Part shown: positions 38,856 through 48,541 of the stretch, in pieces | How the letters are laid out: the number at the start of each line of letters is the position of its first letter | How positions within the stretch are numbered: the first letter of the stretch is position 1 | IMG/VR virus record: IMGVR_UViG_3300020596_001154 | Span: 848-64,847 of that record | Source: a virus | Taxonomy: Duplodnaviria > Caudoviricetes | DNA: 64,000 nt | Strand: one strand, 5' to 3' | Position numbers and translations under genes: made by a program | Notes under the pieces: generated by a model | Told to the model about the DNA's origin: nothing | The model's input: the letters and a program-made list of their open reading frames with translations, nothing else | Database searches by the model: none

Positions 38856-40885
38856 GTAAAGAGTGGATGAATTCATGCTCCTTTACTTTAGTAGACTCTA
38901 AAGAGAAGCTCACATACCTAAAGACTCAAATTGAGTCAGCTCAATTCGTAGGATTGGATCTAGAAACTACTGGACTTGACTGGCTATCAGACTGGATTGT
39001 TGGCGTAGCTATTTCTACCGGAGAAGATCAAGGCTACTATATTCCTATCGACCACAAAGATTCTAACAATCTCAGCATTGCTTTGGTAAAACAAGAGTTG
39101 CATGAGATCCTTCTAAAGAAGAAAGTTATCTACTTCAATGCCGCATTCGACCGAAGTATGCTTATCAAAGCAGATATGGATGTTCCTGGAGAAGATGCAA
39201 TGCTTCTTATCTACCACAAAAATACAGAGAAGTATAAGGCAGTCGGTTTAAAGAAAGCCTCTAAAGAGTTCTTGAACCGGGAAATGATCGAGTTCAAAGA
39301 CCTATTCACAGACGAAGAGAAGAAGCGGGTAGACCGAAAAGTTCCGAGCCTAAAGTTGAATAAAAAACCAGCCACAGATTGCCTAGCCTATGCCTGTAGC
39401 GATGCGATTAATACTTGGTTACTTTATAAGAAAGAGCGACATAGACTCCCGCCGAGAATGGAAAGTGTTTATGAGATCGACAATAAATTTATAGACTATA
39501 TCTTAGCCATTCAAGATACAGGCTTCGATGTAGACCTCAAGTATCTTTCAGAATTACGTAAGCGTATTCAAGGTAAGATATCGATGCTGCAAGATCGAAT
39601 GAATGCCGCAGCTGGGTTTGAAGTGAACCCCAATGCCTCCGCATCTATTTGGAAAGCACTGACCTCCTTCGGTGTAGAGCCCACTAAGTTCACGGAGAAA
39701 TCCAATAAGCCAGCCTTTGACGCAGATACTCTAGATGGAGTTGATCACCCGTTTGCTAAAGATGTTAGTGATTACAAGATCTTAACTAAGACCCTTTCAA
39801 CCTACATAGACGCTCTAGAACAAGGTATCCATCCTAAAACAGGACGCTGCCACTCCCTATACCCCTATACTTTTACCTCTACAGGCCGCCTCTCCTCTAC
39901 TGCTATGAAGGATACTAACATGAAGAAGTTAGGTATCAATGCACAGCAGGTAGCTAAGATGATCATATCGGACTCAAAACATGAGTTCTTTCAAGAGTTT
40001 AAGTCTGATTCTATCAGAAAAGCAATCATCCCTCCTAAGGGTTATATCCTAGGCTCCTTAGACTGGTCAGCTGTAGAGCTCCGTATTGCAGCACACTTCT
40101 CCCAAGAACCCATCTGGCTAGAAGGGTTTAGGAAGAATGAAGACTTACATCAGAAGCTAGCAGATACTATTAACAATAAGCTAGGTCTAAACATAGATAG
40201 AACTAAAGCCAAGAATGCCCAGTTTAATATGTTATACGCTTTCTACTGGTCCACCTTTGCTGAGAACCAAGGAATCTCTATGGAAGAGGCTGAGATGCTC
40301 TATAAGGCCTTCTTCAGCACAGTGGTATACTATGACCGCTGGAGAGAGAGCTATAAGAAGCAAGCCTATACCCAGGGCTATTCAGAGACCATGTATGGAC
40401 GTAGGCGTGTAGTGGGTAGCTATGCTGAAGCCAGAGATCTACAGAACTATCTCAAAAACTTAGATAAAAAGTATGAGAACTATAGCCGTGAGGAAAAGAG
40501 TCTGTACCGACAGTACCGTATGAAACGGTCTCAGGGAGACCGGGAAGCTATAAACCATAGGGTCCAAGGGACTTGCCTAGACTTTATGAAGATAGCTGGG
40601 ATTAAGATTTGCAAGGAAATGGCCCGGGAAGGGCTTTGGAGAACAGATGTAATCCCAATGATGGTCGTCCATGATGAAGCCAACTTTGCAGTAAAGGGCG
40701 AGATATTGACTATTGACCGGTCCGGGACGGACCCTTTAGTTATAGTATCTCCTGAAGCCACGGCCAACCTAGCCAAGATCAAGAAGATCATGGAGAACGT
40801 AGCCCCCGCTAACTTTTCTGTACCCCTTGTTTGTGAAGTAGAAGCCGGTTTAAACTGGAAAGAACTCTACAAACTTAAGGTTTAA
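38852..40885 (+). CDS. polA: Family A DNA polymerase with 3'-5' exonuclease
   Basis: DLETTGL, FNAAFD, YACSDA; TGRLSS, DWSAVELRIAAH, RTKAKNAQF..LY, VHDE. Confidence 0.95.
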   Translation: MSKEWMNSCSFTLVDSKEKLTYLKTQIESAQFVGLDLETTGLDWLSDWIVGVAISTGEDQGYYIPIDHKDSNNLSIALVKQELHEILLKKKVIYFNAAFDRSMLIKADMDVPGEDAMLLIYHKNTEKYKAVGLKKASKEFLNREMIEFKDLFTDEEKKRVDRKVPSLKLNKKPATDCLAYACSDAINTWLLYKKERHRLPPRMESVYEIDNKFIDYILAIQDTGFDVDLKYLSELRKRIQGKISMLQDRMNAAAGFEVNPNASASIWKALTSFGVEPTKFTEKSNKPAFDADTLDGVDHPFAKDVSDYKILTKTLSTYIDALEQGIHPKTGRCHSLYPYTFTSTGRLSSTAMKDTNMKKLGINAQQVAKMIISDSKHEFFQEFKSDSIRKAIIPPKGYILGSLDWSAVELRIAAHFSQEPIWLEGFRKNEDLHQKLADTINNKLGLNIDRTKAKNAQFNMLYAFYWSTFAENQGISMEEAEMLYKAFFSTVVYYDRWRESYKKQAYTQGYSETMYGRRRVVGSYAEARDLQNYLKNLDKKYENYSREEKSLYRQYRMKRSQGDREAINHRVQGTCLDFMKIAGIKICKEMAREGLWRTDVIPMMVVHDEANFAVKGEILTIDRSGTDPLVIVSPEATANLAKIKKIMENVAPANFSVPLVCEVEAGLNWKELYKLKV

Positions 40886-40925
40886 TATAGTCTGCTGTAT
40901 TTAACCTTAAATAGACCAGCCCCTG

Positions 40926-40954
40926 TTGACAGTAAAACTAATTATTGATAAGGT
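40926..40954 (+). promoter_or_regulatory. Sigma70-type promoter
   Basis: TTGACA-17 bp-TAAGGT upstream of SSB. Confidence 0.55.
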
Positions 40955-40989
40955 AAACTCAAGAGTTAACCATCCATGAAAGGAACTAT

Positions 40990-41997
40990 ATGACCATACA
41001 ACCCAATTTCTCAGACGGTGAATTAGATCTAGACTCCCTTAATTCGGGAACGAAAAAGAAGTATGCCAAGATTATGTCTGTCCCTGCTGGGAAATCTACC
41101 TTTAGAATTTTACCCGTAACAGGGGGAAAGAAACCGTTTGTAGAGCATTGGTATCAATGGTTCAAGTTTGTAACTACGACTCCGGATGGAGAGTCTAAGA
41201 CTTTCTGGTCTACAGGGAAGACAGCTGAGTTCAATAACCCTATCAGAGTTAAGCTCCAAGCTATTGGAAAACGTAAGTCTGAATTAGAAAAGGCTCATGG
41301 AGAATCCGTTGTTAATAGCAATGGACAGACAAGCTTTAAAGTTAATGAAGAGAAGCTGCCTAAAGATATCCAAACTGAGTATCGAAAGCTTAAAGCAGCT
41401 GAGCGGTATTTGAAGTCTACACGTCACGTGTTCTGTAATGCAGCCACTTTAGACGGAAGCCACACAGTTCTACGTATGCCTAAGACTGCTTATGAGTTAG
41501 TTAAGAATGAAGTTATTCGTTTGAAGAATGAAGGTGAAACTCTTAATGCTTTAAGTCTTTCAGATTCAACTACTGTTGCTGAAGGAAAAACTACACCGAG
41601 TTTTGGTGTATGGTTTGATTTTGATCGTACAGGAGAAGGACTTGGAACTAAGTATGTTATTAAAGTTCGAAAGACTCGCACGAAAGTTGAAATTAATGGA
41701 AAGACTTTGATTGATGAGCAGTTTGACCACACCCCTCTTTCAGATGAAATTCAATCTAACTATGCAAGCATGGTTGTAGATCTAGACACTCTTATCCCTT
41801 CTTACACCAATGAGGAACTCACCGAGATTCTTAAAGGCAACAAGAAAGTTGTGGATTTGAAGAATGGCTATACTCCTAAGGAAACTTCAGGAGCTAGCGA
41901 GCAGGAAGTATCTAGTGGAGATGCGCTGGAAGGACTGTCCTTGGATGATTCTGAAGTATCAGCCTTGCAAGATGATATTCCAACTATCGATCTTTAA
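40990..41997 (+). CDS. Single-stranded DNA-binding protein (gp32-like)
   Basis: FRILP..PFVEH, RTGEGLGTKY, acidic C-terminal tail. Confidence 0.7.
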   Translation: MTIQPNFSDGELDLDSLNSGTKKKYAKIMSVPAGKSTFRILPVTGGKKPFVEHWYQWFKFVTTTPDGESKTFWSTGKTAEFNNPIRVKLQAIGKRKSELEKAHGESVVNSNGQTSFKVNEEKLPKDIQTEYRKLKAAERYLKSTRHVFCNAATLDGSHTVLRMPKTAYELVKNEVIRLKNEGETLNALSLSDSTTVAEGKTTPSFGVWFDFDRTGEGLGTKYVIKVRKTRTKVEINGKTLIDEQFDHTPLSDEIQSNYASMVVDLDTLIPSYTNEELTEILKGNKKVVDLKNGYTPKETSGASEQEVSSGDALEGLSLDDSEVSALQDDIPTIDL

Positions 41998-42032
41998 ACA
42001 GCCAGAGGCTTCATAACTGAAAGTACCTTTAA

Positions 42033-42566
42033 ATGAAATTAGATGAAATTTACGGTGAGTTAATTAATCTTAATGAGATCTCTATACCTCCCGATGCGAA
42101 AGATCGCGGGTATGATTATATCTTTGAGATTGTAAGTCGGATTAGATCAGCACAGGATTTCTGTACAAGGTATTTAGTTGACTGTAATCAGAAGCTTAGC
42201 GCATCTAAAAAGATATTACTTGCACGGCAAAGTGAAATTGATATGTATGTGTTTGAAGCCCTTAAAGTCAGGAAGTATTTAGAGCAGATCAAGTCTTTTC
42301 CAGAGAGAAAAGAAATGATTAAGCTAGAAGCTATTACTTCTATTGACATTAGAGGGGCTGAAGAACAGCATGATGCTCTATCTAATCTGAAGGATGCTCT
42401 TTCTAACACCCTTACTAATCTAAGGACAGCGAAGGAAGAACTCAACATGATTATTGGATTACTTAAACAAGAGTTCAAAGACTCAAACTCGGGAGCTATG
42501 TGGAACAATCCACTACCTTCTAATAACCATGAAAACCCTCTCAAGGACATGGAGTTTTTAGAGTAA
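42033..42566 (+). CDS. Coiled-coil protein, possible UvsY-like mediator
   Basis: Helical; located between SSB and recombination genes. Confidence 0.35.
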   Translation: MKLDEIYGELINLNEISIPPDAKDRGYDYIFEIVSRIRSAQDFCTRYLVDCNQKLSASKKILLARQSEIDMYVFEALKVRKYLEQIKSFPERKEMIKLEAITSIDIRGAEEQHDALSNLKDALSNTLTNLRTAKEELNMIIGLLKQEFKDSNSGAMWNNPLPSNNHENPLKDMEFLE

Positions 42567-43288
42567 TGAACTTCAACGATGAACTAGATTTAGGGACATT
42601 AGATGCAGCTCCAGAGCTTGTACCACAAGCTGTAGTTGTTAACGAGACCTCTAAGGCAGTGAAGCTCGGTGGTAAACTAGGGCACTTTAATATTGTAGGT
42701 ACGCACACCAATTTCAAATCGTTCACTGCTGTAGTCCTAGATGTAAAGACCAAACGTATGTGGTTCATGGGAAATGGGACCTCTTACTTCTGCCGGTCTG
42801 ATGATTCTAATAAACCTATCCAGTCAAGTTCTGAGAACTATAAACAACAGGCTCCGTCCTGCGGGATCTGTCCGAAAGCTAAGTGGAATGGAAGACAGAA
42901 GCCACCAGACTGTCAAAACTCTTTAGACCTAACCCTAGCCACTTTAACAGATGGTGTGCCTAAAGTTCTAGAAGTCTCCTTTAAAAGCTCTGGTATGAAA
43001 GAGATAAAGAATGCTCTAGAATACATGTCAGAGAACGGAGGGCTGACTTTCAGCAAGCTTAAACTAGAGACCCAGATAATTGAAGGGAGAAACTTCGATT
43101 ATTTTACTGTTGCTGTGGGAGAAATTTCCCAATTGACAGATGAAGAGCGAGGGTCTATCCTACCTTTAGTGACTAAGTATTCCCCTAAAACTGAAACCAT
43201 TCATTGGGAACAGCCCGCTGAGATTGAAATCACCAGTGATGAGGTTTCCTCTTTCAGCAGCAACTTAATTGAAATAGATTTGGAGTAA
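42566..43288 (+). CDS. Phage protein with Cys motif (SSB-like OB/Zn family)
   Basis: CRSDD..P..CGICPKAKW..C; acidic tail. Confidence 0.45.
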   Translation: MNFNDELDLGTLDAAPELVPQAVVVNETSKAVKLGGKLGHFNIVGTHTNFKSFTAVVLDVKTKRMWFMGNGTSYFCRSDDSNKPIQSSSENYKQQAPSCGICPKAKWNGRQKPPDCQNSLDLTLATLTDGVPKVLEVSFKSSGMKEIKNALEYMSENGGLTFSKLKLETQIIEGRNFDYFTVAVGEISQLTDEERGSILPLVTKYSPKTETIHWEQPAEIEITSDEVSSFSSNLIEIDLE

Positions 43289-43291
43289 CCA

Positions 43292-43795
43292 GTGTTTAAA
43301 GTTTATCTAGTACAAGTATTTAACTTATTAATAGTAGTGCCAATTATCATAATTACTGGACTAGGTGTGAATGCCTTACTCCCGAATGTAAATCAGGGAA
43401 TTGTATTTGCTTTCACTGTGTTTCTCACAGCTGCCGTATTACTTGTTATCGATGCAGCAACGGCAGAATTTATCAAGTGGAAGTCTATGAGGACACTAAA
43501 GCAATACGGGTTTAAGACTGCTGGGGAAGCAGAGAAAGTTATGAGAGACTACACGGACTATCAGACACAGCTCTATCTCCTCCCACCTGAAGCTAAGAGA
43601 GAGATTATAGATAAGAGTAATAGAACTGAGCAGCTCATTAAAGATTATGAAGGAAGGCCCCCGTTCTTTTTCCAGAACTTAGGGATGACTAAAGAAGAAG
43701 CTATTGAACAAGTTAAGAATGATTGCACGACTTGGCTAAAGCAGAGAGGATATCCAGTATGGGAATTTCCCCTAAAAAACCAGGACAAGTCGTAA
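43292..43795 (+). CDS. Membrane protein (2 TM)
   Basis: Two N-terminal hydrophobic helices. Confidence 0.55.
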   Translation: MFKVYLVQVFNLLIVVPIIIITGLGVNALLPNVNQGIVFAFTVFLTAAVLLVIDAATAEFIKWKSMRTLKQYGFKTAGEAEKVMRDYTDYQTQLYLLPPEAKREIIDKSNRTEQLIKDYEGRPPFFFQNLGMTKEEAIEQVKNDCTTWLKQRGYPVWEFPLKNQDKS

Positions 43796-44478
43796 TAGGG
43801 TTAGACCTTTCTACTAAGCCGGGTTACGCAATCCTAGCTGACGGAGAAAGACTTGCCTCTGGGACTTCGAGACCCCCAAGCCCCCTGTCTAGTATGAAGG
43901 GTGAATACCCATTTACTTACGTAGGTTTTACCCAGTCTGTTGTTGAAAACTTACTGTACAAAGTCATGACCCATATTCAGTTTTCTAAGTTACAGAATTC
44001 TGATGTAGATGTTATTGTGATTGAAGAGACAACTGCGAGTTCTCAAAACTACTCTCAAAAAATCTTAGAGTTTATTCACTATGAGTTTTTGAAGACAGTC
44101 ACCGCTATATTCCCCGAAGCTAAAGTGGTCTATATACGTGATTTAGTTTGGAAAAAGGCCAATGATGCGCATATGAACGCTGAAGAAAAGAAAAATAATT
44201 TAAAGCTTAGTCGACTAAAGAAAAAGAAGGCGGAAGAAAATCCAAATCTGAAGAAGATTATAGTCAAGAAAGACACTGACGGAACCCCAATTAAAAAAGT
44301 ATCCAGACAAGATGCTTACATAAGAAAAGCAAATGAAATATTCAGCTTAGATTTGAAATTAGAAAATGAGGACGAGGCAGCAGCGTTATTATTAGCGAGA
44401 GCTTATCTCACAGGCGCCCCCCATTGCAATGGGCGACTTGATGGAGGAGTATATGTCAAAAAACCTGACGGGATTTAA
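43759..44478 (+). CDS. RuvC-like Holliday junction resolvase
   Basis: VIGLDLSTKPGYA, VIVIEE, WKK, EDEAAALLLA; start set at ATG 43759. Confidence 0.7.
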   Translation: MGISPKKPGQVVIGLDLSTKPGYAILADGERLASGTSRPPSPLSSMKGEYPFTYVGFTQSVVENLLYKVMTHIQFSKLQNSDVDVIVIEETTASSQNYSQKILEFIHYEFLKTVTAIFPEAKVVYIRDLVWKKANDAHMNAEEKKNNLKLSRLKKKKAEENPNLKKIIVKKDTDGTPIKKVSRQDAYIRKANEIFSLDLKLENEDEAAALLLARAYLTGAPHCNGRLDGGVYVKKPDGI

Positions 44479-44596
44479 AATTAATACTTGGACATTTGAG
44501 TCTAAGTTCAACAAGTTACTCTGCAATGTTAGATGTTCTTGCGGACTTGTGTGGCAGCGCCAGGATAAAAACATTTTATATGGTAAATCAAACTGA
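44453..44596 (+). pseudogene. Truncated HNH/AP2-type homing endonuclease N-terminus
   Basis: GGAGGAG RBS then MSKNLTGFKINTWT...CNVRCSCG...NILYGKSN*. Confidence 0.55.
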
Positions 44597-44888
44597 AAGG
44601 AAAAACAATGCAAAAATATCAAGGCTCAAAGCAAAGAAAAAAGCAACAAGCCCGGAAAAGAAACGGATTGTCATCAGGAAAGATAATGATGGCAACCCCA
44701 TCAAAAGGGTTACTAGGCAAGATGCGTACATTCGTACTGCGAATGAGATCTTTGGCCTCGCGCTTACTCGCGAAAATGAGGACGAAACTGTGACGCTCTT
44801 AGTAGCAAAAGCTTATCTAATGGGCGCTCCTACCTACAACGGACTAATTACAGGAGGCCTGCTGCCCAAAAAAGGAGAAACAAAGTGA
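44580..44888 (+). pseudogene. Diverged duplicate of the 3' part of the RuvC-like gene
   Basis: KDNDGNPIKRVTRQDAYIRTANEIF..ENEDE..AYLMGAP vs KDTDGTPIKKVSRQDAYIRKANEIF..ENEDE..AYLTGAP; lacks N-terminal catalytic motifs. Confidence 0.75.
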
Positions 44889-45304
44889 GTGATGATATGT
44901 CCATGTCAGATACTTTTAAGACTTTGGGTCTTCATGTGCCTGCTCAGACTACTTCAAACGTAGACCTTGTGAAGCGGGAAAGAGATCTAGCTGTAGAAAA
45001 AATAGCTGAGAAATTAGAGAGTGTGAAGCTACAGATCGACAGACAGTTTAATCATCTAGAATCACAATTGAATCAGAAACTAGCTGATGTAGGCATGAAC
45101 GTAATGTCAGCAGAGATGGAAAACTTGAAAATGTTTATGCAAAATATAAATGTAAATGTTTACAGTGGCCCACAGTATTACAGCAAGATTAACGGGCTTT
45201 ATGATTTCACTCCGATGAGTGACGACATTATATATCTGAAAAAAACTGTGAATATTTTAGCTAGAGTAATTCTCAAATACCATGGACAGGGTACAGGATA
45301 TTAA
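44885..45304 (+). CDS. Hypothetical coiled-coil protein
   Basis: GTG start with AAGGAG RBS. Confidence 0.55.
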   Translation: MSDDMSMSDTFKTLGLHVPAQTTSNVDLVKRERDLAVEKIAEKLESVKLQIDRQFNHLESQLNQKLADVGMNVMSAEMENLKMFMQNINVNVYSGPQYYSKINGLYDFTPMSDDIIYLKKTVNILARVILKYHGQGTGY

Positions 45305-45306
45305 TT

Positions 45307-46407
45307 ATGGCAAAGAAACCTAAAGACAAAAATGAAAAGCGTCCTGAGAATACAGGACTAGCAGCTTTCAGAGAATACAATAAGAAAGTTGCTTCTGATG
45401 TGATTGAGGAAGAGTTAGAAGCAAAGACTTCCCAAGATGTAATCTCCTCTGGCTCCATCATAATTGACCATATTTTAGGTGTAGGTGGTTTCGTGAAAGG
45501 AACTATCCATGAAATTGCAGGAGAGCAGCACTCAGGTAAATCGACCATCTGTTTACAGACAGCACGAAATTCTCAGAGAGAAGGTAACTCTGTAGCCTAC
45601 CTTAATACAGAACAATCTCTAGATAAAAAATATGCCCTGTCCTTAGGTGTGAACATGGAAGACAAGAGTCTTTGGTATTATTCGACCCACAATAGTTATG
45701 AAGGCTTAGCCACAACGATTAACGGCCTTATAAATGTTGGAGATATCCGAACAATTATTATAGACTCAGTCACAGGATTCGAGAAGAAAGAAGTTCTAGA
45801 TGAAGACACATCTCATGGAGCTACCCAGATAGGGACTGCAGCAAGATTCTGGAGCGACTACCTTAAAAAGCTAGCCTCACTAGCCCACAAAAATAATGTT
45901 TTGATCTTAGCTACAAACCAAACCAGAGTAGCCAATATTGGAGTCTACGGCTCTAACCCCATTAAAGATACCACAGGCGGAAATGCTTTGAAGTACTGGA
46001 AGACAACATCTTTGCATCTTCAGGGATCTAAAGCCAAGGCTGAAGACAGTGTGGATGACTTCGGAGATAAATATTACCGGGTTAACGAAGACTACACAAA
46101 GGTTGTAGCCAAGGTAGACAAGAACAAGTGGGCACCATCCTATAAATCTGCCATCGGAAAGATTGTACCGTACTTAGGCTATGATAACTATGAAGCTTTA
46201 TTTAAACTAGCTACTACCAAAGGACTGGTTCAAATAGCAGGAGCTTGGATATCTTATAGAAATGAAGAAGACCCAGACCACTTTAAAGTCCAGGGCCGCC
46301 CAGCTGCTCAAGAAAGAATTAAGAATAGTCCCTCGATACTTAAGAAACTTATAGAGGATGTAGGCCTTGCAAACCCCGAAAATTACTTCCCGAACTCTAA
46401 GTTTTAG
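45307..46407 (+). CDS. recA: RecA/UvsX recombinase
   Basis: SGSIIIDHILGVGGF, GEQHSGKST, IIIDSV, TNQTR, TTGGNALKY. Confidence 0.9.
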   Translation: MAKKPKDKNEKRPENTGLAAFREYNKKVASDVIEEELEAKTSQDVISSGSIIIDHILGVGGFVKGTIHEIAGEQHSGKSTICLQTARNSQREGNSVAYLNTEQSLDKKYALSLGVNMEDKSLWYYSTHNSYEGLATTINGLINVGDIRTIIIDSVTGFEKKEVLDEDTSHGATQIGTAARFWSDYLKKLASLAHKNNVLILATNQTRVANIGVYGSNPIKDTTGGNALKYWKTTSLHLQGSKAKAEDSVDDFGDKYYRVNEDYTKVVAKVDKNKWAPSYKSAIGKIVPYLGYDNYEALFKLATTKGLVQIAGAWISYRNEEDPDHFKVQGRPAAQERIKNSPSILKKLIEDVGLANPENYFPNSKF

Positions 46408-46418
46408 AGAGGAACATT

Positions 46419-46835
46419 ATGTCCGACTGGAAGGAATCTCAAAAGCTAACTTGGAGGCAACTCTTTACCAAGCTAAAGCACACAATGGAATATATTGCTG
46501 TGTCGTTCGAGACAGTAAAAGACGAATTCTTTTCAGTTATCAGGGAATCTGGCACGATACTAGTCTCTGTTTCCGGTTTTGGATGGAGTTTATTAGTAAA
46601 ACCACGTAAGAATTTAGCTGAAACCCTCCTCATCATGACCCCGGCTGTAGTTCTTACAGCTGGGGTTTTTTACCTTAAGTTTTGGATATTTTTAATAGCT
46701 ACCCTCATGTATTTAGCTGTCTTTTTTATCCTCATATCTATTAACCTCTATGATCTGCCCGACCGCCTTGTCAAGTATGGCTACCTATGGTATGTATTAG
46801 GTATAGTGTCTTTGATTTTTAGTTTCTTCTTGTAG
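46419..46835 (+). CDS. Membrane protein
   Basis: Three hydrophobic segments. Confidence 0.55.
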   Translation: MSDWKESQKLTWRQLFTKLKHTMEYIAVSFETVKDEFFSVIRESGTILVSVSGFGWSLLVKPRKNLAETLLIMTPAVVLTAGVFYLKFWIFLIATLMYLAVFFILISINLYDLPDRLVKYGYLWYVLGIVSLIFSFFL

Positions 46836-46845
46836 GAGATCAGTT

Positions 46846-47055
46846 GTGGAAATGCCCGAAGGTTGGAAAAGATTCGATATTGCTACAGACAAAGATTCTG
46901 GTGAATGCTATAAACAATATGATTGCGAAATAGTACGAGATCTCATGAAAGAAATGGCAGAAGCACTAGAGGCTATTGAATTGTGGCTCGTAGAGAAATA
47001 CATTAACAATTATGAAGACTTAAAGATTAAAGAGAATGGGGATGTGTATGCCTAG
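46846..47055 (+). CDS. Hypothetical protein
   Basis: AGGAG RBS. Confidence 0.5.
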   Translation: MEMPEGWKRFDIATDKDSGECYKQYDCEIVRDLMKEMAEALEAIELWLVEKYINNYEDLKIKENGDVYA

Positions 47056-47284
47056 TTATACTTATTTATGCGCTGACTGCCGTGTACAGAGCCAGCTTAT
47101 GCATGGACTGTCGAGTAAGACCGTCCCGGTCTGCCCTAAATGTGGGTCAGAATGCCTAAAAAGGGTGCTTAGAGGCTCTGGATTTCACATTGCCGGCCCT
47201 GGTGTCTATCGAGAGGGATTCTCGCAGTATAGGGCTCCTCTGACTACCCCAGACGGGGAACTATTTAAGGGAGATAAGAAGTGA
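47048..47284 (+). CDS. FmdB-type zinc-ribbon protein
   Basis: MPSYTYLCADC..CPKCGS..LKRV..GPGVY. Confidence 0.75.
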   Translation: MPSYTYLCADCRVQSQLMHGLSSKTVPVCPKCGSECLKRVLRGSGFHIAGPGVYREGFSQYRAPLTTPDGELFKGDKK

Positions 47285-47463
47285 AAAAGAAAAAATTAAC
47301 GTATAAAATTGAGCCCAAACCACAGACATTTATCACACGACTAATTAGAAAGATCATTAAATATGTAATTAAAAGGGGGTGGGCCGGGGAATTGAAAATA
47401 CCTAGCGAGTTCTTCGAGAGTGTGAGTCTAAAAGGTCTTCTTAATCCTGGAAGGAAACTGTAA
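47281..47463 (+). CDS. Hypothetical basic protein
   Basis: Overlapping start, RBS. Confidence 0.45.
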   Translation: MKKKKLTYKIEPKPQTFITRLIRKIIKYVIKRGWAGELKIPSEFFESVSLKGLLNPGRKL

Positions 47464-47724
47464 ATGAAAGAACTAGATACGTTACAAGCCCGCTATGCAA
47501 AGGTTGCAGACCGAATCAAAGAGATTGAGTTGGAAAATGCAATGAAGAAGAAGAAGCTTCAAGAAAACCGAGATGAAATCGTCAAGTTAGGCTTCGACCC
47601 GGACAAGTTAGACACCCAAATCCCAGCCATCAAACAAAAAATCCAAGCACGTTTACAGGAGATTGAAGTTCAGGTAGATTTACTATATGTGGAGCTTGGG
47701 TTAGGCAATGAAAAACAAGGATGA
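47464..47724 (+). CDS. Small coiled-coil protein
   Basis: Heptad pattern with LGFDPDKL hinge. Confidence 0.5.
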   Translation: MKELDTLQARYAKVADRIKEIELENAMKKKKLQENRDEIVKLGFDPDKLDTQIPAIKQKIQARLQEIEVQVDLLYVELGLGNEKQG

Positions 47725-48541
47725 TCTAGAAAATTATCTCGTCTACGGGATTCATATTCAGAATCGAAAGATATTCTTTGGATCTCCCATGACTTCAGAA
47801 GATGCTGATGATGACTTCGGATCTTGTTCTGTAGCCATGGCCATCAGAGCCATTGACCTAATGGTCAGCATGAACTCCAAACCTATTGAATTACATATAA
47901 CAAGTTCCGGTGGCCTCGTATACCACATGATGGGCCTTAAAGATAAGATGCTGGAGAGCCCAGTGAAGTTTATATTTTACGGACGAGGTCTTATATCTTC
48001 CGCTGCTACATGGATTCTTGCGTGTTCAGATGAACGTTACTTAAGTCAAGACTGTACTGTCATGATTCATAACGGGGGTACTCACCGAGAGAATGAGTCT
48101 GGTACTACACGAATGACAGACCAGACCATTGATACTGAAGAAGATGAGCGACTCCAAGACAGACTGAACCAAATTTTCAGCGACAATAGTAGAATGCCTA
48201 AAAGCTTTTGGGATACCATAGTTCAACGGGATTGTTATCTGACAGCTGAAGAGGCTGTTATGCTGGGTTTAGCGGATGAAATCATTCCCTATAAAAAGAG
48301 ACTAAACCTAAGACAAAAACGACAGTCACTATTAAAGGCCCACCCCACTAAAAGGCAGATGGAATTACTGGCCAAGAAATTACTTGCGCGAGTTCGAATG
48401 AACCACATGGCTAAGGATGTGCAAGTACAACTTCCTGTGGAAGCAGCTGAGGAACTTCCAGCATACGATAGATCAGAATTAGAACTAGAGAAACTTAATG
48501 GAGATGGTAATGGAATCAAAACTGAACCTACTGCAGAGTAA
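47708..48541 (+). CDS. ClpP-like serine protease
   Basis: RKIFF, PIELHITSSGG, GLISSAATWIL, VMIH, DCYLTAEEAVMLGLADEI. Confidence 0.8.
   Translation: MKNKDDLENYLVYGIHIQNRKIFFGSPMTSEDADDDFGSCSVAMAIRAIDLMVSMNSKPIELHITSSGGLVYHMMGLKDKMLESPVKFIFYGRGLISSAATWILACSDERYLSQDCTVMIHNGGTHRENESGTTRMTDQTIDTEEDERLQDRLNQIFSDNSRMPKSFWDTIVQRDCYLTAEEAVMLGLADEIIPYKKRLNLRQKRQSLLKAHPTKRQMELLAKKLLARVRMNHMAKDVQVQLPVEAAEELPAYDRSELELEKLNGDGNGIKTEPTAE

Noticed and set aside
43759-44478. TnpB/Cas12-like RNA-guided nuclease
   Set aside because: Only ~240 aa, the RuvC motif is at the N-terminus, and there is no Zn ribbon or associated ncRNA; fits a resolvase
44496-44579. ORF-track start MSLSSTSY for the RuvC duplicate
   Set aside because: No RBS; the region is better explained by the endonuclease stub in another frame
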